Shown: piece by piece, positions 49,378 to 58,887 of the stretch
How positions within the stretch are numbered: the first letter of the stretch is position 1
How the letters are laid out: every line of letters starts with the position of its first letter
Assembly (NCBI GenBank): GCA_029572955.1
Contig: JAKPQE010000034.1
Span: 116,968-180,967, forward strand
Direction of reading: 5' to 3'
Length of the DNA stretch: 64,000 nucleotides
Source: Pseudomonadota bacterium
GTDB taxonomy: Bacteria; Pseudomonadota; Alphaproteobacteria; Rhizobiales; JAKPQE01
The notes under the pieces: generated by a model
What the model saw: the letters and a program-made list of their open reading frames with translations, nothing else
Database searches by the model: none
What the model was told of the DNA's origin: nothing
Program-made: the position numbers and the translations under genes

Positions 49378-49726
49378 GGATTTCCACCAGCCCCGTGATC
49401 GTGTCGAGCCGGTCGATGGGCCGACCGTCGAGCACACTGTTGAACCCCCGCAGCCACGACCGGGCAACCGCCTCGTCGCCACCGACGATCGCATCGAGCG
49501 AGCGGAACAGTCTGACCAGCAGCAAGCCGAGCTCGAAAGCCTTGTCGCCCGGCTTGAGGCCATATTGGCCGTTCTGCATGCGCGAAATCGTCGGCTCCGA
49601 GAGCCCGAGAATACCCGCGAGCTGCCGGTTGGACAGCCCGAGGATATTGGAGGTCCTTGTCACCGCCTTGGTAACGACGGCGGATTCGACTGCCTTTTGA
49701 TCCGGATTCGACGCGGAGGATGGCAT
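49343..49726 (-). CDS. Xre-family antitoxin with DUF2384 (MbcA/ParS-type) toxin-binding domain
   Basis: 127 aa. HTH ILGLSNRQLAGILGLSEPTISRMQNG. C-terminal ARSWLRGFNSVLDGRPIDRL. Immediately upstream of, and overlapping, the RES gene. Confidence 0.8.
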   Translation of the reverse strand: MPSSASNPDQKAVESAVVTKAVTRTSNILGLSNRQLAGILGLSEPTISRMQNGQYGLKPGDKAFELGLLLVRLFRSLDAIVGGDEAVARSWLRGFNSVLDGRPIDRLDTITGLVEILGYLDARRARI

Positions 49727-49842
49727 CGCAGTTTCCTTTCACTAGAAAATGTAATGCAAAAAAATTTCCAATGAAAGAACATCTTTCGATTTCTTCGACT
49801 GACCGCATGTCGCTGCGGTGATCGCAGCGCCGGAATCGGGCC

Positions 49843-50736
49843 CTACCGCCGCTGCGCCGCGATGAGACCGACGACGACGAGGCCGTAGCCGACGAGGTGG
49901 TAGAACTCCAGCCGCTCGCCGAGGAAGAGGATGGCGAGCGCGGAGCCGAACAGCGGCACCAGGTTGATGAACAGGCCGGCGCGGTTGGCGCCGATCAGCT
50001 CGACGCCGCGGGCATAGAAGAGCTGGGCGAAGAACGAGGGAAACAGCGAGACGTAGAGGATGAGGAGCGCCGCCTCGGCGCCCGGCCGGATGCGCGCGCC
50101 CGCAATGAACTCGGCGATCATGAACGGCAGCGAGGCCGCCGCCGCCGACAGCGAGAGGACCGCGAGGAAGCTCGCCCAGTGCAGCTTCGGCCGTTTGCGC
50201 AAGGCCACCGAATAGCCGGCATAGAGCGCGACCGCGACGAGCATCATCGCATCGCCCCGGTTGACGTCGGCGCCAAGCAGCGCGCCGAGATCGCCATGCG
50301 CCGCGATCACCATGACCCCGACGAGCGACAGCACCACGCCGGCCGCCAGCATCCAGCCGATCGTCTCGCGAAAGAAGAGGAAGTTCGCCGCGACGATCAG
50401 CATCGGCATCGCCGACTGCTCGATGGCGACGTTGATCGCCGTCGTGTGGTGAACCGCGCTGTAGAGGAGAAGGTTGAAGGCGCCGAAGCCGAGCGCTCCC
50501 ATGGCGACGAGCCAGGCGAGGCTCGCCCGGATCGTCTTGGCGTCGCGGTCGATCTCGCCGCGCGCGAAGACGAGCAGCGTGGTCCCGGCGATCGCCCATC
50601 TGAGGAAGGAGAGCATCATCGGCGGCACGACGCCGACCGCCGCCTTGCCGGCAACGGCGTTGCCGCCCCAGAACAGCGCCGTCAGGAGCAGGATCAGATA
50701 GGGCCGCTTCAGGACCGCCTCGGCCATGCCGTTCAT
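49843..50736 (-). CDS. DMT superfamily (EamA) transporter
   Basis: 297 aa, 10 TM helices, LFWGGNAVAGK, duplicated EamA halves. Confidence 0.8.
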   Translation of the reverse strand: MNGMAEAVLKRPYLILLLTALFWGGNAVAGKAAVGVVPPMMLSFLRWAIAGTTLLVFARGEIDRDAKTIRASLAWLVAMGALGFGAFNLLLYSAVHHTTAINVAIEQSAMPMLIVAANFLFFRETIGWMLAAGVVLSLVGVMVIAAHGDLGALLGADVNRGDAMMLVAVALYAGYSVALRKRPKLHWASFLAVLSLSAAAASLPFMIAEFIAGARIRPGAEAALLILYVSLFPSFFAQLFYARGVELIGANRAGLFINLVPLFGSALAILFLGERLEFYHLVGYGLVVVGLIAAQRR

Positions 50737-50896
50737 TTTTCGACACTCCTTGCCGGTCGCGATCGCCGCACCACCCGAAACCGCCTCAGTGTTTCCCCAA
50801 TTGCAGAGGAAAGGTCAATCGGGGCAAACACGTGGATGCGGCATCCGCGATCGGGCGCCCGGCGCCCGGATTTTCGCCGCCGGAGGGAAACCGAAC

Positions 50897-52594
50897 ATGA
50901 AACGTCTGTCCGCCAGCCTGCTCTTTTTCGTATTGTCGACGACCGCGCTCACCGCGGCCGAAATTCCCGCCACCTCGAAGATTTCCGAGGTCACCGTCTA
51001 TCCCTCGGGCGCGACCGTCACGCGCCTCGTGCCGTTCCGCGCGCCGGCGGGTGAATCGGTCGTCCTCCTCGAGGATTTCCCCGTCACCCTCGACGTCGAC
51101 ACCCTGCGCATCGAAGGCAGCGCCGGCGCCGGCCTCGAGATCGGTTCCATCGACCACGAGATCGTCGAGCCGACGGTCGCCGAAAGCGCCGCCTCGACCG
51201 GCATCCGCGCCCAGATCCGCACGCTCCAGGACGAGCGCGACACCCTCGACGACGCCATCGAGGCGGCCGAGGTCTCCAAGCAGTTCATCGCCAATTTCGC
51301 CAAGGTGAAGCCCGAGGCGATGACCGACGACCTCGATCGCGGCCGCATCGGCATTTCCGACTGGGTCGGCGCCTGGTCCGCCGTCGGCACCGAATATGCC
51401 CGCGCCAACAGCGCCATCCGCACCGCCAAGATGCGCCAGCGCGAGATCGACGAGTCGATCGCCGAACTGGAGGAAAAGCTCGTCCGCGATCCCGGCAAGG
51501 AGGAGACGAAGCTCGTTCTGAAGGTCAACATCGCCGCCGCCGCCGATCTCGACGGCGCCCTGTCGGTGACCTACCGGGTGCCCGACGCGAGCTGGCAGCC
51601 GCTCTACGACGCCCGCCTCGACCTTTCCAGGCCCGACCAGCCGGCCGCCGTCTCGCTGGTGCGCCGCGCCGAGGTCCGGCAGGCGAGCGGCGAGGACTGG
51701 GCCGACGTCGAGCTGACCCTTTCGACCGCCCGCACCCGCGGCGGCACCGCCGCGCCCGACATCGATCCCTTGCGCGTCTCCTTCTACGAGCCGCGGCCGA
51801 AGACCCGCATGGGCGGCGGCTTCGGCATGGAGGATACCTACATGAAGGCCGAGCGCATGGCCGAGTCCGCCTATGACGCCGCGCCGATGGCCATGCCGCC
51901 GGTGCCCGAGCCGATGCTGATGCCGGCGAGCGAGCGCGAAACCGCCCTCGACCTTTCCGGCTTCAACGCCGCCTTCGTCATCCCGGGCAAGACCAGCGTC
52001 TCGACCGGCGGCGCCGCCAAGTCGCTGCGTCTCGGCAGCTCCGACCTTGCCGCCGACGTCGTCGTCAAGGCCGTGCCCGAACTCGACGACACCGCCTATC
52101 TCTCGGCCAGGGTCACCAACAAGACCGGCGCCCCGATCCTGCCCGGCCGCGCCGCGCTCTATCGCGACGGCGTCTATATCGGCGACGGCAACCTCGCCTT
52201 CCTCGCCGATGGCGACGACACCACCCTCGGCTTCGGCGCCGACGACGCGATCGTCGTCAGCCGCGTCCCGCTCGCCCGCGAGGAGGGCCAGTCGGGCATC
52301 CTCACGAAGAAGTCGACCGACGTGCGCGACTACCGCATCACCGTGAAGAACCTGCACGATCGCCAGATGAAGGTGACCGTGCTCGACCGCGTGCCCTATT
52401 CCGAGCACGAGGACATCACCGTCGAAATGCTGGCCACCACCACCAAGCCGACCGAGACCGATGTCGACAAGGAACGCGGCGTCATCGGCTGGACCGCCGA
52501 GATGGCGCCGAAGTCCGACAAGGAATATCGGCTGAACTATCGGGTCTCCTGGCCGGCCGGCCGCGAGGTCAGCTGGGATGCCATGCCGCAGTGA
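50897..52594 (+). CDS. DUF4139/DUF4140 (MuiA, mucoidy-inhibitor-like) family secreted protein
   Basis: Real part of ORF 50726..52594. Start ATG 50897 (MKRLSASLLFFVLSTTALTAAE signal). EVTVYPSGATVTR, central coiled coil, C-terminal WPAGREVSW. Confidence 0.7.
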   Translation: MKRLSASLLFFVLSTTALTAAEIPATSKISEVTVYPSGATVTRLVPFRAPAGESVVLLEDFPVTLDVDTLRIEGSAGAGLEIGSIDHEIVEPTVAESAASTGIRAQIRTLQDERDTLDDAIEAAEVSKQFIANFAKVKPEAMTDDLDRGRIGISDWVGAWSAVGTEYARANSAIRTAKMRQREIDESIAELEEKLVRDPGKEETKLVLKVNIAAAADLDGALSVTYRVPDASWQPLYDARLDLSRPDQPAAVSLVRRAEVRQASGEDWADVELTLSTARTRGGTAAPDIDPLRVSFYEPRPKTRMGGGFGMEDTYMKAERMAESAYDAAPMAMPPVPEPMLMPASERETALDLSGFNAAFVIPGKTSVSTGGAAKSLRLGSSDLAADVVVKAVPELDDTAYLSARVTNKTGAPILPGRAALYRDGVYIGDGNLAFLADGDDTTLGFGADDAIVVSRVPLAREEGQSGILTKKSTDVRDYRITVKNLHDRQMKVTVLDRVPYSEHEDITVEMLATTTKPTETDVDKERGVIGWTAEMAPKSDKEYRLNYRVSWPAGREVSWDAMPQ

Positions 52595-52779
52595 ACTTCG
52601 GCACCCCTGATCGGGCGAACATTATCCTGCGAACAAATGCGAAAATCCTCATGACGGCCCTATCCAAGGGTCGCCATGAGGAGTCAATGTGGATATAGTC
52701 GCGCGCCGTTGTGTCCGGGGATGGCCGCGCCACCGCCCGGGCTGCAGCATGGGACAAGGGAACCGGGGGAAACACCAGC

Positions 52780-54072
52780 ATGGCCAACGTGGTCGTCGTC
52801 GGGTCGCAGTGGGGCGACGAAGGCAAGGGTAAGATCGTCGACTGGCTGTCGGAGCGCGCCGACGTCGTGGTGCGTTTTCAGGGCGGCCACAATGCCGGCC
52901 ACACGCTGGTCATCGACGGCGTCACCTACAAGCTCTCGGCGCTGCCCTCCGGCATCGTGCGCGGCGGCAAGCTGTCGGTGATCGGCAACGGCGTCGTGCT
53001 CGACCCCTGGGCTCTCGTCGCCGAGATCGCCAAGCTCAAGGATCAGGGCGTCGAGGTCAGCCACGAGAACCTGCGCATCGCCGAAAACACCACGCTGATC
53101 CTGCCGGTCCATTCCGAGCTCGACCAGCTGCGCGAGAAGGCGGCGGGCGCCGCCAAGATCGGCACCACCGGCCGCGGCATCGGCCCGGCCTACGAGGACA
53201 AGGTCGGCCGGCGCGCCATCCGCGCCATGGACCTGCGCGATATTCCCTCGCTGCGCGCCAAGGTCGACAAGCTGCTGAAGCATCACAATATCCTGCGCCG
53301 CGGCATGGGCGAGCCCGAGGTCGATGGCGAGGCGCTCTACCAGAAGATCGTCGACATCGCCCCCGCCGTCACGCCGTTCGTCGAGCCGATATGGAAGCTG
53401 CTCGACAACGAGCGCCGCGCCGGCCGGCGCATCCTGTTCGAGGGTGCCCAGGGTGCTCTCCTCGACATCGACCACGGCACCTATCCGTATGTGACCTCGT
53501 CGAACACCGTCGCCGGCCAGGCCGCCACCGGTTCGGGCATCGGCCCCGGCGCCCTGACCTACGTGCTCGGCATCACCAAGGCCTACACCACCCGCGTCGG
53601 CGAGGGCCCGTTCCCGAGCGAGCTCTTCGACGAGAACGGCGAGCGCCTCGGCCAGCGCGGCCACGAATTCGGCGTCGTCACCGGCCGCAAGCGCCGCTGC
53701 GGCTGGTTCGACGCGGTGCTCGTGCGCCAGACCGTGCGCACCAGCGGCATCAACGGCATCGCCCTCACCAAGCTCGACGTGCTCGACGGCTTCGCCGAGA
53801 TCAAGGTCTGCGTCGGCTATCGCCTCGACGGCGAGGTCATCGACTACCTGCCGGCGAGCGCCAACGATCAGGCCCGTGTCGAGCCGATCTACGAGACGTT
53901 CGAGGGCTGGAACGAGACGACCCGCGGCGCCCGTTCGTGGAACGACCTGCCGGCCCAGGCCGTGAAATATGTCCGACACATCGAGGAACTGATCGGCGCG
54001 CCGGTGGCGCTGCTGTCGACGAGCCCGGAGCGCGACGACACGATTCTTGTGCAGGACCCGTTTCAGGACTAA
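52780..54072 (+). CDS. purA: adenylosuccinate synthase
   Basis: ORF 52711..54072 trimmed to ATG 52780 ([21 protein letters not shown]). GGHNAGHT and [14 protein letters not shown]. Confidence 0.95.
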   Translation: MANVVVVGSQWGDEGKGKIVDWLSERADVVVRFQGGHNAGHTLVIDGVTYKLSALPSGIVRGGKLSVIGNGVVLDPWALVAEIAKLKDQGVEVSHENLRIAENTTLILPVHSELDQLREKAAGAAKIGTTGRGIGPAYEDKVGRRAIRAMDLRDIPSLRAKVDKLLKHHNILRRGMGEPEVDGEALYQKIVDIAPAVTPFVEPIWKLLDNERRAGRRILFEGAQGALLDIDHGTYPYVTSSNTVAGQAATGSGIGPGALTYVLGITKAYTTRVGEGPFPSELFDENGERLGQRGHEFGVVTGRKRRCGWFDAVLVRQTVRTSGINGIALTKLDVLDGFAEIKVCVGYRLDGEVIDYLPASANDQARVEPIYETFEGWNETTRGARSWNDLPAQAVKYVRHIEELIGAPVALLSTSPERDDTILVQDPFQD

Positions 54073-54117
54073 AGCCTGAAAGGACTACCTGCGGTTTTGA
54101 GGGACTAGAGCAACAAG

Positions 54118-55710
54118 ATGGCCGATTACTACGCCGTACTGAAACGTGCGCTGTCCGGCTTGCCGACCAACACCGGGGAAGCCCGGCGCGCGGTCTATGA
54201 CAAGGCCCGGAACGCGCTCGTCAATCAGCTGAAGGCGATCGAGCCGCCGTTGAAGCCCTCCGAGATCACGCGCCAGCGTCTCGATCTCGAGGAAGCGATC
54301 CGTCGCGTCGAGTCCGAAGCGGCCAATGCCGCCCTGTTCGCGCGCCGCAGTGCGTCCGCGCCGGCCCCGGAGGTGACCGCCGGCGCCCGCCCGACCGCCC
54401 CCGCCGTCGAGCCCCCGGCGCCGCCCAGGCGCGAGCCCGAGCCGCGCCCGGCGCCCGAGGCGCCCCGGCCGGAGGCACCCGCCGCGGCCGCCGAGGAAGA
54501 CGTTTTCGAGCCGGCACCGATGCCGAAGGCCGAGGCGCCGAAGGAGGCCGACAAGTTCGTCGCCGACGACCTGCACCAGGTCGTTCGTGCCGCCGAAGCC
54601 CTTGGCGGCGCGAGCCGCGAGGCCGCCCGCGGCGCCCGCGAGACGCTCGCCTCCCTCGACGAGGAAGCCGCCGTCGAGACGCGGATCGAGCCGCGCATGG
54701 AGCCGCCGGCGCCGAAGGCCGAGGCAAGCCCGCCGCATCCCGAGAAGGCGACCCGCCACACGCCGGTGGTCGCCGAGGAGCCCGGGGCGGACGCCGACGA
54801 CGAGGCCGCCTTCGAGGAGGCGCCGATCGAGCGGCTGCCCGACAGCGGCGGCGGCACGCTGAAATTCCTGATCCTGATCCTCGTCGTCCTGCTGGTCGGC
54901 GTCGGCGTCATCGGCTGGCTGCAGCGCGACGCGCTGTTCGGCCCCTCCTCCGACCCCGGAACCGAGCAGCAGACCGGCGCCGGCGAGGCGACCGACAAGC
55001 CGTCGGCCTCCGGCAAGATCGAGGACCGCCTGCCGCAGGACGGCGTGCCTGAGACCCAGAAGCCGGCCGACAGCGGCCCGGCGCTGCCGCCCGCCAAGGA
55101 CGACGGCGCCGCCGCGACCACCGACGCCGGGCCGGCGACCGCCGCCGCGCCCGACAGCGGCGTCTCCGCCAGCCTCGTCGCCCAGCGTTCGATCCTCTAC
55201 GAGGAAGCCGCACCCGAGGACCCCGAGAAGGGCATCGCCCTTGCCGGCGGCGTCACCTGGGAAGTCGGCCGTGACGACCAGTCGAGCGATCCGGTCATCC
55301 GCGCCCGCATCGAGGTGCCGGACCGCGGCCTGCGGGTCATCCTGACCATCCGGCGCAACAACGACACGGCATTGCCGGCGAGCCATCTGGTCGAGATGCT
55401 GTTCGACTTCCCGGCCGATTTCCCCGGCCAGGGCATCGCGTCGGTGCCGGGCCTGATCCTCAAGGCCAGCGAGCAGGAGCGCGGCGAGGCGCTGCGCGGC
55501 GCTGCGGCCAAGGTCGCCGACGGCTTCTTCTGGATCGCGCTCTCCTCCACCGAGGAGGACCGCAAGAAGAACCGCGAGCTGCTGACGAGCCAGACCTGGT
55601 TCGACATCCCGCTGATGTATCAGAACGGCCGCCGCGCCATCCTGACCCTCGAAAAGGGCGTGCCGGGCGAGCGGGCGTTCCAGGAGGCCTTCGCCGCCTG
55701 GGGCGAATGA
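54118..55710 (+). CDS. hypothetical single-pass membrane protein with Pro/Ala/Glu-rich linker
   Basis: 530 aa. Helical N-terminal domain (MADYYAVLKRALSGL), a long P/A/E-rich low-complexity segment, one TM helix (LKFLILILVVLLVGVGVIGWL), and a globular C-terminal ~200 aa. Confidence 0.6.
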   Translation: MADYYAVLKRALSGLPTNTGEARRAVYDKARNALVNQLKAIEPPLKPSEITRQRLDLEEAIRRVESEAANAALFARRSASAPAPEVTAGARPTAPAVEPPAPPRREPEPRPAPEAPRPEAPAAAAEEDVFEPAPMPKAEAPKEADKFVADDLHQVVRAAEALGGASREAARGARETLASLDEEAAVETRIEPRMEPPAPKAEASPPHPEKATRHTPVVAEEPGADADDEAAFEEAPIERLPDSGGGTLKFLILILVVLLVGVGVIGWLQRDALFGPSSDPGTEQQTGAGEATDKPSASGKIEDRLPQDGVPETQKPADSGPALPPAKDDGAAATTDAGPATAAAPDSGVSASLVAQRSILYEEAAPEDPEKGIALAGGVTWEVGRDDQSSDPVIRARIEVPDRGLRVILTIRRNNDTALPASHLVEMLFDFPADFPGQGIASVPGLILKASEQERGEALRGAAAKVADGFFWIALSSTEEDRKKNRELLTSQTWFDIPLMYQNGRRAILTLEKGVPGERAFQEAFAAWGE

Positions 55711-55764
55711 GGACAAGGGGTCCCGGGACCCGGCGGCCTGCCGGGTGACCCGAGCGAACACGCG

Positions 55765-55806
55765 AAAGGCGCGCCGACCTCCAGGTCGGCGCGCCTTTTT
55801 CGTTTT
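55765..55806 (+). terminator. rho-independent terminator (may serve both convergent genes)
   Basis: aaaggcgcgccgacc-tcca-ggtcggcgcgccttt followed by ttcgtttt. Confidence 0.75.
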
Positions 55807-55851
55807 ATCGTCCGGCGGGTCCCAGCGCGACCCGCTCTGGCGGGGCCGGCC

Positions 55852-56430
55852 TCAGAAGTCGCCTTCGGCGCCGCGCTTCATCACGTCCTGGATGATCCGC
55901 TTGACCTCGATCGCCTCGGCCCGGACGTCCTCGGGCAGCGGCTTGCCGCCATGGATCATCATGTCCATGTCGAGGCTGTAGAGCCACAGCTTGCCGGTCT
56001 TGTCCTCGACGAGCGTCACCCGGCACGGCAGATAGGCCGAGAAGGCGTCGTCGAAGTCCATCATCTTGGCCGCGGTCAGCGGGTTGCAGTAGAGGTAGAT
56101 CTTGACCTGGCGCCACTTGCCGCCGGTCATCGCCTCGATCTGGCGGCCGAGCGGCAGCGCCCCGACATCCTTGATGTTGTTCTCGATGGCGATCGACTGG
56201 ATCGACTCGTCGACATCCTCGAAGCTCAGCCCCTCGGCGACCTCGGTCTTCCAGACGGTCGCCTGCGCCGGGCTGCCGGTCTCCAGCAGCTTCACCGCCA
56301 TCGTCTTGTAGGTCGCGTACGCGCCGGGATCGAATTCGGTGAAGAACGGCCTGACCTTGGCGCCGACGACGGCGGCCCCGATCAGCGCGACGACGCCGAT
56401 CGCCGCCAGCAGATTGCGGATGAAACCCAT
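55852..56430 (-). CDS. DUF302 domain-containing protein with N-terminal membrane anchor/signal
   Basis: ORF 55852..57054 trimmed to ATG 56430 (MGFIRNLLAAIGVVALIGAAVVGA). DUF302-like core VKIYLYCNPLTAAKMMDFD...LPCRVTLVEDKTGKLWLYSL. Confidence 0.75.
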   Translation of the reverse strand: MGFIRNLLAAIGVVALIGAAVVGAKVRPFFTEFDPGAYATYKTMAVKLLETGSPAQATVWKTEVAEGLSFEDVDESIQSIAIENNIKDVGALPLGRQIEAMTGGKWRQVKIYLYCNPLTAAKMMDFDDAFSAYLPCRVTLVEDKTGKLWLYSLDMDMMIHGGKPLPEDVRAEAIEVKRIIQDVMKRGAEGDF

Positions 56431-56562
56431 CACTTTCCTCCCCCTCGTGGTCCCGCCGGTCTTTCCAGCCGTCTCGCGACGCGCCGCATGCGGTGCCGGC
56501 AGTGGACAAAATGACACTTCCGCGCGGGCGGCAGGGCCACCGGCGCGGAAGTGCGTTCGCGA

Positions 56563-56586
56563 TGCGGCGGCGTTTCGGCCGCCGCA
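56563..56586 (-). terminator. hairpin 14 nt downstream of gene A
   Basis: tgcggcggc-gtttcg-gccgccgca, a 9-bp GC stem with no clear U-run. Confidence 0.35.
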
Positions 56587-56599
56587 GAACCGTCCGGCA

Positions 56600-57739
56600 T
56601 CACTGCGCCGGCTTGGCCTCGCCGGCCATGCCACCCATGCCGGACATGCCGCCCATGCCCTGCTGCGGCATCGGCGGATAGCCCGGAGGTGCCGGATAGC
56701 CCGGCGCCGGCGGGTAAGCCCCGCCCTGCGGGCCGCCCGGATACTGCGGCACGTAGCCGCCCGGCTGGCCGTAACCGGCCGGCGGCTGGCCGTAGCCCGG
56801 CGCACCGCCCTGCGGACCGCCATACTGCGGACCCGGATAACCGGCCGGCGGCTGGCCATAGCCCGGCGCGCCACCCTGCGGACCGCCATACTGCGGACCC
56901 GGATAGCCGGCCGGCGGCTGGCCGTAGCCCGGCGCACCACCCTGCGGACCCGGGCCGCCCTGCGGACCCGGACCGGCCTGCGGCGCCGGGCCTTCCGGCT
57001 GGGCCGGCGCCTCGAGCTTGCGATAGCCTTCCGGCACGCTGAACAGCGCCGCATCCGGCTTGATCAGCTGCACGCCGCGCAGTTCGCGCGCCATGCCGCC
57101 CGGGAAGTGCTCATAGACGTTGAGCTTGTATTCCGGGTCGAACAGAACGACGCCGTTCTCGAAGCGGCCGTTCGGCTGACGGAAGCCGATTTCCCAACGC
57201 TCGACCAGGCGCCCGCCGAACTTCTCGGTGCCCTGCAGGGTGCCCTGCATCACGCGACCGTCCGGGAATTCCTGCCGGATCACCATCTTGCGCTCGGTAT
57301 CCCAGAGCACCTTGAGGGCGCCGGGCATGCCCTTCGGCGTCACTTCCCACTTCTCGACCTTGACGCCGGCGATCTGATCTTCACCGACCCGCTCGCACTT
57401 CAGCTCCTCGGAGGCGACGCACGGCGCGTCGCTCGGGGCCGAAATCTGGCCGACGCCTTCGGGCGCGGGAAATTCCACATAGGTCCGATCGTCGGGGAAG
57501 AGCACCCGCGCGGTGCCGTCCTTGGCGGAGCGGATCTCGATGATCCGTCGGCCGTCCTTCAGCGACTCGAAGCGCACACCTTCCGCCGTCACGAAGATCG
57601 TGCCGCTCTGTGTGCCCATGCCCGGCACGGTCATCACGGCATTGGCCGTGAATTCCACCGGCTCGGCAGCCGCCGGCGACAGGCTCACCAGGCTCACCAG
57701 AGCCGTGCCCGCCGCGATGGCCGTCCAGTTCCTTGACAT
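56600..57739 (-). CDS. secreted protein A: LolA/DUF4412-like N-terminal domain + Gly/Pro/Gln/Tyr tandem-repeat, Met-rich C-terminal tail
   Basis: 379 aa. Signal [27 protein letters not shown], then ~230 aa globular ([45 protein letters not shown]). Three repeats of ~22 aa follow ([22 protein letters not shown]), ending [24 protein letters not shown]. Confidence 0.7.
   Translation of the reverse strand: MSRNWTAIAAGTALVSLVSLSPAAAEPVEFTANAVMTVPGMGTQSGTIFVTAEGVRFESLKDGRRIIEIRSAKDGTARVLFPDDRTYVEFPAPEGVGQISAPSDAPCVASEELKCERVGEDQIAGVKVEKWEVTPKGMPGALKVLWDTERKMVIRQEFPDGRVMQGTLQGTEKFGGRLVERWEIGFRQPNGRFENGVVLFDPEYKLNVYEHFPGGMARELRGVQLIKPDAALFSVPEGYRKLEAPAQPEGPAPQAGPGPQGGPGPQGGAPGYGQPPAGYPGPQYGGPQGGAPGYGQPPAGYPGPQYGGPQGGAPGYGQPPAGYGQPGGYVPQYPGGPQGGAYPPAPGYPAPPGYPPMPQQGMGGMSGMGGMAGEAKPAQ
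56775..56960. repeat. 66-bp in-frame tandem repeat (about 2.8 copies) inside gene A
   Basis: Units start at 56775, 56841 and 56907 (ccggccggcggctggccgtagcccggcgcaccgccctgcggaccgccatactgcggacccggataa) with few substitutions. Confidence 0.8.
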
Positions 57740-57858
57740 ATGACCGCCTCCCTGAATGTTGCGTTGGCGCCGGACCGGACCTGAAACCCAAGGCCACGGA
57801 CCGGGTCGGGGCGCGCGCGCCCTTCGTTCCCTGTCCCGCAGGCAATTCCATGTGAAGG

Positions 57859-57895
57859 GTGGAGACAGGGTGACGCCGGGTCACCCCGTCTCCAC
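57859..57895 (-). terminator. strong hairpin 33 nt downstream of gene B
   Basis: gtggagacagggtgac-gccgg-gtcaccccgtctccac, a 16-bp stem with one mismatch. Confidence 0.5.
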
Positions 57896-57927
57896 GCGTC
57901 TGCTAGCTGGGGATCCCAGCTCTCAGA

Positions 57928-58299
57928 TTACTGAGCCGGAGCAGCCGGAGCGGCCGGAGCGGCCGGAGCGGCCGGCGGGGCCGGCGGGGCATAGCCATAC
58001 GGGGCATAGCCGTACGGAGCGCCGTAGCCATACGGAGCGCCGTAGCCCGGATAACCGCCCCAGCCATAGCCCGGATAGCCGTAGCCGTAGCCGTTGCCAT
58101 AGCCACGACCGCCGCCACGGCCGCCGAAGCTCATGTTGAAATCGCCGTCACCCCAGCCGTTGCCGTCCCAGGGGCCACCGCCGCCCCACGGGCCGCCGCC
58201 CCAGGGGCCCCAGCCCCAGGCATTCGCACTGGTGGTGGCGGCAGCGGCCGCGAGGCCGACAACGCCGGCGAACAGCGTCGCCTTCAGGATCTTCATCAT
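57928..58299 (-). CDS. secreted protein B: small Trp/Gly/Tyr/Pro low-complexity protein (sulfur-globule-protein-like composition)
   Basis: ORF 57928..58848 trimmed to ATGATG 58299, with AAGGAG 7 nt upstream. Signal [27 protein letters not shown]. Then [23 protein letters not shown]...[58 protein letters not shown]. Confidence 0.65.
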   Translation of the reverse strand: MMKILKATLFAGVVGLAAAAATTSANAWGWGPWGGGPWGGGGPWDGNGWGDGDFNMSFGGRGGGRGYGNGYGYGYPGYGWGGYPGYGAPYGYGAPYGYAPYGYAPPAPPAAPAAPAAPAAPAQ

Positions 58300-58405
58300 G
58301 TCGTCACTCCTTGCTTTGCGTCCCTCTTTCAAACTCAACTTCCGGAAGGAGGGAGCTCTCCCGAAAAGCCGCCTCGGCCCGAAGGCTTCGGATTCTGTGC
58401 GGTGC

Positions 58406-58876
58406 CTACCAGGCACCGAGGACCCACGGCGCCGCAAAACCGGGCGTCGCGAGCATGTGTGGATCGGCATAGGGCCCGTAACCCGGACCCATGAGACCGT
58501 AGCCGGGCGCCCCGAGGCCGTAGCCGCCGAGCACGCCGCCAAAACCGCCAAAACCGCCGTAGCCGCCGAGCGGCGCCATCGGGTAGCCGTAGGGCGCACC
58601 GTAGCCCCAGGCGCCATACCCGGCCGGCGGCGCATAGGCCGGCGCGGCGGGTGCGGCAGGTGCCGGGCTCGTCGCCGGCGGCGCCTGATAGCCGTAGCCG
58701 CCGCTCGGCCGGCCGCTGCCGGAGAACACGTTGCCCGTGGTCTGCGGATCCTGCGGCACGTAGGACTGCCCGGCCGGCGCCCACGGATTGCGCCCTTGCG
58801 CGAGCGTCGGCTGCACCGCGGCGAGGAACGCCATGGCGAAGACCGCAAGCACCGTCAGAGCTGTGACCTCGTTCAT
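58406..58876 (-). CDS. secreted protein C: Gly/Tyr/Pro/Ala low-complexity protein
   Basis: 156 aa. Signal [27 protein letters not shown]. Shares GAPYGY and PAAPAAPA motifs with protein B. ATG lies 11 nt after the protein D stop, with GAGGA in between. Confidence 0.65.
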   Translation of the reverse strand: MNEVTALTVLAVFAMAFLAAVQPTLAQGRNPWAPAGQSYVPQDPQTTGNVFSGSGRPSGGYGYQAPPATSPAPAAPAAPAYAPPAGYGAWGYGAPYGYPMAPLGGYGGFGGFGGVLGGYGLGAPGYGLMGPGYGPYADPHMLATPGFAAPWVLGAW

Positions 58877-58887
58877 CGTCGTCCTCG

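Noticed and set aside
46634-49842. Possibility that tRNA-Glu marks a genomic island containing the HypX-like gene and the RES/Xre pair
   Set aside because: I found no integrase gene and no direct repeat of the tRNA 3' end on either side. The HypX-like gene has native-looking GC. Only the toxin-antitoxin pocket looks foreign, so an island call is unsupported.
55852-57054. 400-aa version of the DUF302 ORF, and the 306-aa version (57928..58848) of protein B
   Set aside because: The N-terminal extensions are Arg-rich and run through intergenic hairpins and the neighbouring gene in another frame. Internal ATGs with a Shine-Dalgarno sequence and signal/anchor peptides give much more plausible proteins.
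57934-57990. Regular 9-bp tandem repeat (gccggagcg)n that at first glance looks like a mini-array
   Set aside because: The period is far too short for CRISPR and there are no spacers. The repeat lies in frame inside gene B and encodes its (PAA)n C-terminal tail.
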